A stretch of DNA of 64,000 nt, from NCBI GenBank assembly GCA_051294905.1, contig CM119372.1, positions 33,234,001-33,298,000 on the forward strand, written 5' to 3'. The notes under the pieces were generated by a model. That model did not search any database. It saw nothing but the letters and a program-made list of their open reading frames with translations, and had not been told where the DNA came from. Below, one piece after another: positions 12,427 through 22,566 of this stretch. This DNA is from Botryllus schlosseri (taxonomy: Eukaryota). A program made the position numbers and the translations under genes. The number at the start of each line of letters is the position of its first letter. Position 1 is the stretch's first letter.

Positions 12427-15400
12427 TTATTATTATGTATAAAAACATTTAGTGGTGCTTTTCGCATCGAAGGCTTTTTGCACCACGGCGATTTAGATAT
12501 TTTGATCAAAATGATAGCATGAAATGTCATGAAAATACAAGATGAGTACATAGCTAAATGCGACGCTTTGACTCTCGTATGAAGTCCAGTAGATCGGCAA
12601 TAATGTTGATGTCCGTTAAAAGGTTATATAGCTGGAACGGTACGTTCTTTGTCTGCGCGATACGTTGTAGTTTTCTTCTTATCTCGGTCAGATGTGAGCA
12701 GGTCATAATATAGTGTTCGACCGTTTCTAATTCACCGCAATGCTCGCACAATGGTGATTCCGAGCAGCCAATGTGGTGGAGATGTGCATTGAGTCCGCAG
12801 TGACCGGTGCGTAGTCGAAACAACGTAGCTTCGCTGCGTCTTGGTGGGACTGATGGTAATTTCACCTCCAGATTTGGTCGGAAGATTTTGTAATGGCTTC
12901 CTGTTTCTGAATCGAGATATTCCCGGTTCCAAATAGCTTTGCATTTATGTAAAGCGATTTTCTTCGCATCGTCTATAGGGATGTCATGAATTGTGATGGC
13001 ACGGTGTGACGACGTCGCCTCCTTGGCCAGACGATCGGCTACTTCATTGCCGGGAATTCCTGCGTGACCCGGAATCCATATGAGCGTGATTAATTTTCCT
13101 TCACTCGTCAACCTGTTGAGAACATTAACGATTTGATTAACGATAAAATGTCCATCTGTTCGATAGTTAGCTATACAGTCTAGTGCACTAAGGCAATCGC
13201 TGAGAACAACAGCTCGGGTAACGTTATTCGTTTCGATCCAATGAAGAGCGGATAATATTGCATATGATTCTACTGAAAATGACGACAGGCCTCCTTGGCA
13301 TTTATGGGATATTGTTACAATAATGATCTTTTACGAATATCGCATAACCAGTGGCATCCGTGGTCTTCGATCCGTCTGTGAAAACATGTAAATGGTTTGG
13401 GTATGAGCCCATTAGTTCAGTATAGGCTACGTCCACAATGTATTGGAATGAGTGACGATTGATAATTCGTGATAATGACAAATCAACCTGTAAATCTGCG
13501 ATTGTCCAAGGCGCTGCTCGAACGAGTTCCTTGCCGCGAATACACTGGTCGTCGAGTGGGTTTGATCTTGTTAGGAAGTTGAACGTACAATATCTGTTTC
13601 TTAATAGGCAGTATGTGTCTTCCCACGTTGTCTGGAGTAATTCAGAGTTTGGGTGGTTCGACTTAGGTAAAGTTTCATATCGGTATTTCAAACAAAGAAA
13701 CTGGTGTCTTATGTGTATTGGCATCTCGTTGCACGACGCTTCTATCGAACATATCGGAGTGCTTTTCATCGCACCACAGCACACCCGTAATGCCTTATTA
13801 GTGATTGCCGCGATTTTCTTGAGGTACGTTACAGGCGCGAAGAAATACGCCTCCATTCCATAATCGATCACGGATTTTACTAGAGTTCTGTACAAAGTTA
13901 GAAGTACATGTTTCGAGGCCCCCCATTTTGTTCCAGACATCAGTTTCAGGAAATTTATCCGTTTTTCGCATTTTTGAGCAATGTAGTCAATATGATACTT
14001 ATAGTTTAGTCTTTTGTCAAATATTATTCCAAGGTATTTGTAAGTATCCGCACAAGTGACCACGTGATCTCTCATACGTAGATTGGGAAGAATTACTTTC
14101 CTTTTCCGGGTGAAAAGCATTGCGACGGTTTTTTGACTGGCGATTTCAAATCCCCAATTCCTACACCATTGGTGTACTGATTCTAGTGATATCTGTATCT
14201 CAGAAGCGATAGCTTCAATGTTTAGGTCACTTTGCCATAATGCAATGTCGTCGGCGTATAATCGGCAGTGTGAAGTCACAGTGGCGGGGAGGTCGTTAAT
14301 CATTACCGCGAAGAGTAGAGGACTGAGGACGCTTCCCTGGGCGATTCCGTTTTCCGTAATAAACGATTCTGATAGTGTAGTACCGAGCCGTACTTGAAAC
14401 GACCTGTCAGTGAGAAACTGGTTCAACCAATTCAAGATCTTACCTCGGACTCCTAATAGAAATAGTTTGTGAATAACTGCTTGTCGCCAAACCGTGTCGT
14501 ATGCTTTCTTAATGTCGATGAACACTGCAATTGTGGAACGTCCGTTGTGAATTGCTTTGTAGACTTCATCATGCAGAGCGATTACATGATCGAGACACCT
14601 CCGACCACGTCGAAATCCACATTGAGAGGTGTGAAGTAAATCGTTGGTTTCCAAAAACCAAGATAGACGATGAGCGATCATAGATTCCATGACTTTACTG
14701 AAATGGCTCGTTAGCGCGATTGGGCGGTATGAATTTGTAAGGGATGGGTCTTTATTTCCCTTCAATATAGGAACTACTGTGGATTGTTTCCAAGTCCGAG
14801 GAACTTGTCCAGAGTTCCAAGACTGGTTTATAATGTCTAACATGCTTGTCAAGCCAGAGGTTGGCAAGTGCTTAAACATAGTATAGTTGATCATATCATT
14901 GCCAGGAGAAGAGCTTTTTTTGGATTTGATGGCTTTAGTTAACTCATTTATCGTGAAGGGACAGTCAAATTGGTGGTTGCTATCGTCATTGATTAAATGT
15001 CCAATGGTTAGCTGTTGTCTCCGAAGTCTGAGTTCCTCTGAAAGTTGAGAGTTACTACTAACGCTTTCGAAAGCTTGGGCTATTGCATCTGCCTTTTCCT
15101 TCTCTGACTTTACAGTAGCCTACTTGTACCCACCTGTAGATCAGGGATTGCACCAGTTGTTCGTTTTCCGGATATGGATCGTGCAATATTCCAGACCTGC
15201 CGGAGGTTCGCCTTATCGCCGAGTGATTCACAGAACGCTTTCCATGATGACTTTTTTGCTTCCAATATTGTTCTCCGACAGAGTGAGCGAAGACGTTTGA
15301 ACTCAATAATATGTTTGATGCCGAAAGTACGTTTCATCTTGAGGAAAGCGGCTTTCTTCCTTCTGACGGCCCGATCGCATTCTTCATTCCACCAGGGAAC

Positions 15401-15790
15401 TGGGTTCTTTTTATGATTACGTTTCATTGGTATAGATATACTAGCCGCCTGGAATATTTTCTGTGTGAAGTTATCACATGCCTCATTAATGTTCGCCGAA
15501 TTATATTGTATCGGGTAGGACATTTCAGCGTTTTGCGTGAATGTCTCCCAATCTGCTTTGTTCATATTCCATCTAGGTGGACGTTGTACAGAATTAACGA
15601 TCCGCATCGCATAGGATATGTGAATAACGGCGTGGTCACTGTCGATCAGGTCGTTCGTAACGCTGACAGTGCACCTGTTTGCGATATCAGTCGAAGCAAT
15701 CGAGAGATCAATCAGTGACCATCTTCGTATTGCGTTTGTTGCGATGTTAATGTGGGTGGGGTTTGTTACGTTCAAGGCAATTAAAGGGTT
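12427..15790 (-). mobile_element. 5'-truncated I-group (I/Nimb-like) LINE: APE C-terminus, RT, RNase H, CCHC, 3' UTR stem-loop, (TAA)3 tail
   Basis: IDLSIAS...SDH (APE end), YRPIALTS, QGSVLSP, YADD, FTDGSK...E...SD...WIPGHAGIPGNEVAD (RNase H), CEHC...H...C; stop at 12554. Confidence 0.92.
12554..15790 (-). pseudogene. ORF2 (APE-RT-RNaseH) of I-group LINE, frameshifts near 15120 and 13325
   Basis: ORFs 15110-15958, 13302-14894 and 12554-13111 are colinear; the intervening frames stay open (ATVKSEKEKADAIA...SPGNDMI; VTISHKC...SVESYAI...SDCLSAL). Confidence 0.88.
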
Positions 15791-16586
15791 ATTGTAACGT
15801 AGTTTGGTATTGTGACGCAACAAGGCCGTCTGGGAGCAGGTGAGAAGCAGCGCAAACCGCAAACGTATTAGCCATTCTTGCACAACCGATTGAGCATTGC
15901 CCCTCTCACTCTCTTGCGCATTTGCTCCTGAGCTGCTCATACGGCATCGTTGCGTCACAATACCAAATTTTGTTACAATTCAACATTCGAGGCTGATTTT
16001 TTTGTGGCGGGGGGGGGGGGGGGGGACCACGAGCGCAGAATAAAATCTATGTTTTCGTAATTAGTACAACGGTAGCTTTCGGTTGATAGCTTGATACCCG
16101 TTTTATCAAATTTAATGCTCGGCAAGCCGGTCAAAAATCACCGTCAAATTGCCTTTGACCAAATGGAAAGTGTGACGTAAACCAATTGCACTGAGCCGTG
16201 AGATTTGCTTGTGTCCACATCATAAAAGACGATGTTCGGACAATACTGAGAATGTACATTACCCAGAATGGACAATATCGAGAATGGACATTAGCGAGAA
16301 TGGACAATCCCGAGAATGGACATTACCGAGAATGGAGACCACCGAGAATGGACATTACTGAGAACGCAATATATGCAATGCAGGCATGTTATGCATATGA
16401 ACAGGTCGTGTGTGTGCATCACGGCGTTACCACATTCAGTATCGATTCTCAGGTATAACTTTCTCGACAACGTCCGTTATATTAAGCTAGATCAGTGGTT
16501 CTCAACCTTTTTGCCTTCGCGGACTCCTTTTGGACGGTGACGGACCCCGCGGACCCCCTCAAGTTTTAGTCTAATTTACCTCAATT

Positions 16587-17597
16587 CAGTGTTGGGATGA
16601 CTCGAGTCATGACTTGACTCGAGTCAGACTCGAGTCAACTTTTTCGTATGACTTGACTTGACTCGAGTCACTTTGCAAAAATGACTTGACTTGACTTGAC
16701 TCTACACTTCAAAAATGTGGATTGACTCGTGACTCGGAGCAAAATTTTCGAGTCAATTTCAAGTCATCAATAAGCAAACTGTGTCGACTAAATCCTTGTA
16801 TCATGTCTACGTTCAGATTATTCGCGATACGGCGCTGACACTTGTGAGAGCAACTAGGCCATGGAAAACTGAACTAGGCATTCACTTATTGTAGGCCTAC
16901 ATTTCACTGGTCCTCCATCGTTACATCACAAATAAATTGACCGCAAACGAAATGATCACGGCTTACGTTGTCGTAGTAGTAGTAGAGTAATAGAAACGTA
17001 TCTCTGTTTCTTAGTCGACTCAACGCTTACATTGGGCAGTGCTCACCTTTACCAAACCTCCTCTATGATTTAAATCGAATGAATATAGTTTATGCGCTTA
17101 TACTCTCACGGAGTTGCGTAGATGGGTACCATATCAATTTGTTCAAACTTCTCGAAGCTTCGTATTCGATACTCTATTTTGGCTGATAATAACAGACTGT
17201 AGCATGTAACTATAGTTAATCACGTATTTTATTAGCAGTTTTACGAGTGCGTGTGCGATACATCGCCTTTTTGCTTGTATATTTAACTTTATATTCGTTA
17301 TTTGATTCAAGCTAAATGGCCAATTAATCTGTCTTTCACGCAGCTGGCAAAATGTCAGGACTTTGAATCACGACTCATACGTCGAAAATTCAATTTGACT
17401 TGAATTGTGACTTGACTCGTAACTTGACTTGACTTGACTCGACTTGACTCGAGTCACCTCCAAAAATCGAGTGACTTGACTTGACTCGAGTCACCTTCGA
17501 AAATCGATTGACTTGACTTGACTTGACTCGAGTCAAAATCTGCAATGACTCGAGATGACTCGTGACTCGAAGATATAGTGACTTGATCCCAACACTG
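16587..17597. mobile_element. hAT-type MITE, GACTTGACTCGAGTC family
   Basis: TIR CAGTGTTGGGAT; perfect TSD CCTCAATT (16579-16586, 17598-17605). Confidence 0.92.
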
Positions 17598-17654
17598 CCT
17601 CAATTATCGTGCAACCGTCGTCTGTGTTATGCAAATATCAACTCAAGGCTATAG

Positions 17655-18927
17655 CAGAGTTGGGATCAAGCCACTACCTTCGAGTCACGAGTCATTTCGA
17701 GTCATTGCACATTTGGACTCGAGTCAAGTCAAGTCAATCGATTTTCGAAGGTGACTCGAGTCAAGTCAAGTCACTCGATTTCTGGAGGTGACTCGAGTCA
17801 AGTCGAGTCAAGTCAAGTCAAGTCAAGTCACGAGTCAAGTAACAATTCAAGTCAAGTTGCCTTTTCGAAGTATGAGGCGTGATTGCGTGATTGCATTTTG
17901 CTAGCTGCCTGAAATACCGATTGAGTCGAAATACAAGCAATTACTACTAAATAAATACAGTCCATCCTCAAGATTACCGGACCACGACTGACCTATCGAT
18001 CTCGCTTCCCCTGACATGCCGCCCTATTTCTTGTCGCTTCCTTTTTCTATACTATCTTCTTTACTTTCATTCAGTGTGCATGCCTCCTCTTTACATCGCC
18101 TAGGCCAAGGTGGGTGTCCGATTCCATAGACAACTCCTAGTCGCTTCGACATCTTCCTTTCTTTTCATTGTATCGCATTTTTTGTGGTGTATTGAACTGA
18201 TAAAATTGCTAATAAACCAATGATGATGATGATGACTAGTCATTGATTTTGAACCGATGAACGGATATAGAGTTTAATATGCATACCAGAAGGTGCTGTA
18301 TCGCTCACATATAGCCTACATAGAACTGCTAAAATACGTAAGTAAATGCATAGCCTCAGGTTATAGTTACCAGCCAAAATAGAGAATAGAGGAACGAATT
18401 GATAAGATGCAATACATTACGCATTTACAAATTGATATGATACAATTCGAGCCTGTGCCAATGGTTGAGGACTATATATAAATTATATTAGAATTCAATT
18501 TCAATAAAACAAGAGGTTTGGTTAAGGTAAGAACAGATAACAAAAATAGACATTTTGCTATTAAATTCCTTTACTATACTAATTTACGACAACGTAAGCT
18601 GTACGCTTCGACCACTTCGTTCGCGGTCGATTTATTTGTAATAGGACAATGGAGGCTCAGTAAAACGAACGATCATTTAATGATTGGTCGCTCTCACGGG
18701 TTGCAGCAGCGTTTCGCGAACAATCCGAACATATGCAAGATACAGTGATTTTTATTGACACTGATTAGATGATTACTTGGTGACTTGAAATTGACTCGTG
18801 AATTTTGCTCCGAGTCACGAGTCAATCCACATTTCTGATACGCCGAGTCAAGTCAAGTCATTTTAGCAAAGTGACTTGAGTCAAGTCAAGTCATACGAAA
18901 AAGGTGACTCGAGTCATCCCAACACTG
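17655..18927. mobile_element. hAT-type MITE, same family, inverted relative to 16587-17597
   Basis: TIR CAG(A/T)GTTGGGAT; perfect TSD GGCTATAG (17647-17654, 18928-18935). Confidence 0.92.
17923..18236 (+). mobile_element. 3' end of CR1/L2-group LINE
   Basis: SKYKQLLLNKY ORF2 C-terminus, pyrimidine-rich UTR, AATAAA, (TGA)n tail; homologous to 26980-27243 and 59590-59950. Confidence 0.7.
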
Positions 18928-18947
18928 GGCTATAGTGATAAAGAACA

Positions 18948-19314
18948 TTATTATTATTATATTCTTTATTCATAGTAAGAAACTGGTCAATACACACATA
19001 ATCCGGGGAGCAACCTGCACCCAAAGGAAAATGGCGAGATTGGAGTAAATTTTTTAAAATTTCAGTAATGCAGTCAAATTGTTATTCCTATGCAATACAT
19101 CGAGTCTAAGTCAGATTACAGAATTGCAGTAGATGAAGAATTGGCAAGGGTTACAGAGCAGAGGTAGAGATGATTGAAAATGAAGAATCGAAATTACAGA
19201 AATGATGCTGTGATTTACTAGTATAATTTTAGTCCAGTGGTGCATTCAACGCCTTCCGAAGAATATGCACAGTGCCCAATAACGTGATCTTTTGGATCAT
19301 GTCGAATCGAACGT
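18948..19314 (-). mobile_element. Extreme 3' fragment of the same R4/Dong-like element (last ~30 codons + 3' UTR + (TAA)4)
   Basis: Near-identical by eye to 9710-10067. Confidence 0.93.
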
Positions 19315-20099
19315 AAACGTAAACGATGAAAAGATAGTGACGCTTTTCACATTCAAGCCTTTTGCGTCACACCATAGCATGCATATGAGAAATGCACAAA
19401 GTTATCATGCAAGAAATATTAGAATGATGGAAAAATAAATCGTCGACAGAGGCATACACAAGCATATATGAGTGATCAGTAGGCACACAACAAATTCGGA
19501 AACATAACCGCTACGAATTCAGAGATATAAACATTTAAATACCGCGCCTTGTTTCCTTGACATATTGAATGACATGGTCCAACATGCATTCACTAGTTAA
19601 TAGGTCTACTGTATTAAAAAGACTGTCATTATTTAATAGCGTTTCAGATTTGCACGTTGCCGTACATACTTCAAACATTTCATTAGATAATGATCGACGG
19701 TTTCGGGCAACGAACATTGTTTACATAGAGGAGAATCATTGTATCCAATCTTATGCAGGTGGTAGTTGAGCCGACAATGGCCTGATCTCAACCGAAACAG
19801 AATGATTTGCTCTTTTCTCGATGCTAAACTTGGTAATCTCTTGTAAATCGTGTCTTTGATGAGCTTGTACTGACTTCCGGTGTCGCTTGTCCTGTACAGT
19901 TGATCCCAGTTGTTTCTGCACGAATTCCTAAGGAGCGAGTACGCATCTCCTGCGGAGACGAAGTCCATTTGATGACGGGGCGGTGTTTCTGATTCTGTAG
20001 CGCTTCTTGCAAATTGGTCGGCGATTTCATTGTGTTGAATACCACAGTGTGCTGGAATCCACACAAGTGATATTGTGACCTCGCGTTGTTTCAATGGGG

Positions 20100-22566
20100 C
20101 TGTTCCACTTCATTTTGAACACGCGGTGGTGACAAAGGTAACTCGACCCAAATCTGTTTTGTTGCTATATACTAGGCTTACCATACGTCCTCTTTTAAGA
20201 GGATTTGTCCTCTTTTTTGACTTTTTTGAAAGTGTCCTCGGAGGACGCCCTTTTGTCCTCTTTTTTGAGATTTTGTCCTCTTTTTTCGGATTTAGAGCAG
20301 ATTTAGAGAAAATTGCGAGTGATATGCCACATATTAGCACAGACGTGAAGCTCCGACGGGTGAAAAACGGTGATTTTAGCTCTGAGCGAAAAGAAGATCT
20401 TTTTTTTTTTGTTTTTTTTTTTGTTTTTTTAGTCATCCACCTGGCGATGTGGAGTAAAAAACGTTATTTTGAGATCTGAGCGAAAAGATGACCTTTTTTT
20501 TTTTTTTTAGTTAACCAGTCACAAAGTGGGAAAAATTCACCGGTTTTTGAGAATTCTACTCCGATTTTGGAAGTTGCAAATTTATGAAAAAGTGTCCTCT
20601 TTTTAGATTTCCAAAATATGGTAAGCCTACTATATACTTTACTATGGGACTGGACTAAACATGGACCTAATTTCGTCTCTGGACGTAGAACGAGGATGGT
20701 GAAAGTATCCATATCAACTTAAATCAACCATATGGATATCAAAGAGCTGTTAGCCGACGAAAATGATGGTATTTCTTGGGGTCTTGTCCTCGTGATGGAA
20801 GTGCTGAAATTATGATTCAATCCTTATCACCAACTACGATGGTTCTATCATTATTATTTTCGACATTTAGCGACCAAAACTACACCAGATTGGACTGGAT
20901 TCAACACAAACCCTTTCTAGATATATTATGACCTTAACCAAATAGCTGTCTGGTTGAAAGACTTCATGTCATTCCAATATCTTCCTATTCTGTAATCTCA
21001 TCACTATCTGTTGGTGTTCTTAAATGATAAAATACCACTAATACCGACTAGATCTCATCCTCTCTGATAATTGACAATTATAAACGATGTACCAGTTGTG
21101 TTGTTGCAGTTATTTTGTTGAATAAAATAGAACAGATATCAACTGAAGTCGCAAAGCATATATAGTCTATAAAGCAGAGGTTCTCGAATATTTTTTTGCC
21201 CGACCCGAAAATAAATTGTATGGTAAGCACATGAACATTGGATTATAATATTCTAAGCAGCGTATTTATGCATACTCATTATTACACAATTACATAATTC
21301 TTAAGAAGAAGGAATGTCAACCCGCTATTTGAGAAACCCATGTATGGGACTGCTTTAAGACAAAAAGCAAAATACTATGGTGTAAGCCAAATTTATGCAA
21401 ATAGCACCACCATATCCAAGAATTGTAAAACACAAGAATGAGCTGGTGAGCCTTATGGTCATTTTTGATCATTCAGATTTTACTTGGAAATCTTTAAGGT
21501 TGTAGCAAAGTTAGTTGTGCTACTAACATAATATGTATCAGATAATAACAGTCCATGTAGTGAGAAACCGACAATAGTTCTGTTTTGTTGGAGTCAATTG
21601 AGATACCGTAGTTGTCTTACAACTGAGCCTAATTCCAAAGTCTTTCAGTTGGAAGTACAAAAATGACGCCATGCTTTCAATATCCAACAGTGATAAGTGT
21701 TCAGGATTTATAATTGGAATGATGGTTACCTTTCACTATCAACTATAGAGTATGCTTCTTTCAATAATGGGTGAATCACTATATATTCAGCTATCCCATT
21801 TTCCAAATTGTTGAATTGTCAGAACAAGATGCCGTGACTGATGACTCGTACGGTCTATTCTTTTGCAACAGCTTTTGACACTGACGTCTCTTCTGCAACC
21901 TCTTTCATTGAAAACAGAACAGATGACGCTGCCATTGCTGAAGTTTCATCAGCTTCATTGTAATCCAAACGCATGATTTTTCATGTTGTAGGACCTCACA
22001 GCAGCAAATGTACGATGTACATAACATAATTTTCCATAACACACAGCACTCATAGGGGAACTGATTTATTGCAGGGGAAGCAGGATGAATCATGTTGGTG
22101 AAATGATATTATGCAGACAACTTTTCCAGGAGAGGACCAGGCATCCATACCTCCTCTTCGTAAACGGAACCCATCCTCCCAATAATTTTCTGTTTCTAAT
22201 TGATGCATCTTCTGAGATCAAATGACCGTCATCCTTACACAATAAGGCATATAACACTCGCCATATCATACGACTCTCGGGAAATTAACAGTGAATGTAC
22301 CGGTAAGCTGCCATCTGCCAGGGTGCCAATGTCCATCACGAGGACAAGACGCCGAAAAATAGCGTCATTTTCGTCAGCTAACAGCTCTTTGATATCCATA
22401 TGGATGATTTATATTGATATGGATACTTTCACCATCCTCGTTGTACGCCAAGAGACGAAATTCGGTCCTTGTTGAGTCCATTCCCATAGTAAAGCATATA
22501 ACAACAAAACAGATTTGGGTCGAGTTACCTTTGTCGCCACCACGTGTTCAAAATGAAGTGGAACAG
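20100..22566 (-). mobile_element. Decayed DNA transposon with ~235-bp TIRs inserted in the RNase H domain of LINE 2
   Basis: Left TIR 20100-20799 (minus the nested MITE) is the reverse complement of 22332-22566 (CTGTTCCACTTCATTTTGAACACG...); LINE reading frame resumes on both sides; no clear TSD. Confidence 0.85.
20173..20629. mobile_element. hAT-type MITE, TAGG(C/G)TTACCATA / GTCCTC family
   Basis: TIR TAGGCTTACCATA; perfect TSD CTATATAC (20165-20172, 20630-20637); relatives at about 35320-35623, 39402-39814, 41941-42194. Confidence 0.92.

Larger units (their letters stand above)
9577..16220. repeat. Palindromic (foldback) non-autonomous element split by LINE chimera 1; arms 9577-9709 + 15799-15840 and 15930-16220
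   Basis: 9577-9709 is the reverse complement of about 15972-16128; 15791-15840 pairs with 15930-15979; a further copy of the arm lies at 50327-50492. Confidence 0.75.

Noticed and set aside
12427..12551. N-terminal ~40 aa of ORF 11646-12551 as a real start of the R4 protein
   Set aside because: It is read-through of the I-LINE 3' UTR and (TAA)3 tail (NNN); R4 homology begins at WKKIWE.
10016..15718. Plus-strand ORFs overlapping the LINEs, and those antisense to PLBD1
   Set aside because: Antisense shadows of real coding sequence with no independent motifs.
15791..15958. N-terminus of ORF 15110-15958
   Set aside because: Lies outside the TSD, in the palindromic host repeat; the frame is open by chance.
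16247..18927. CRISPR-like appearance of the ~16-mer and GACTTGACTCGAGTC arrays
   Set aside because: No unique spacers, no cas genes, eukaryotic context; these are subterminal repeats of TIR elements.
20110..20436. Lysine-rich 108-aa ORF
   Set aside because: Arises from poly-T runs in the 20173-20629 MITE.
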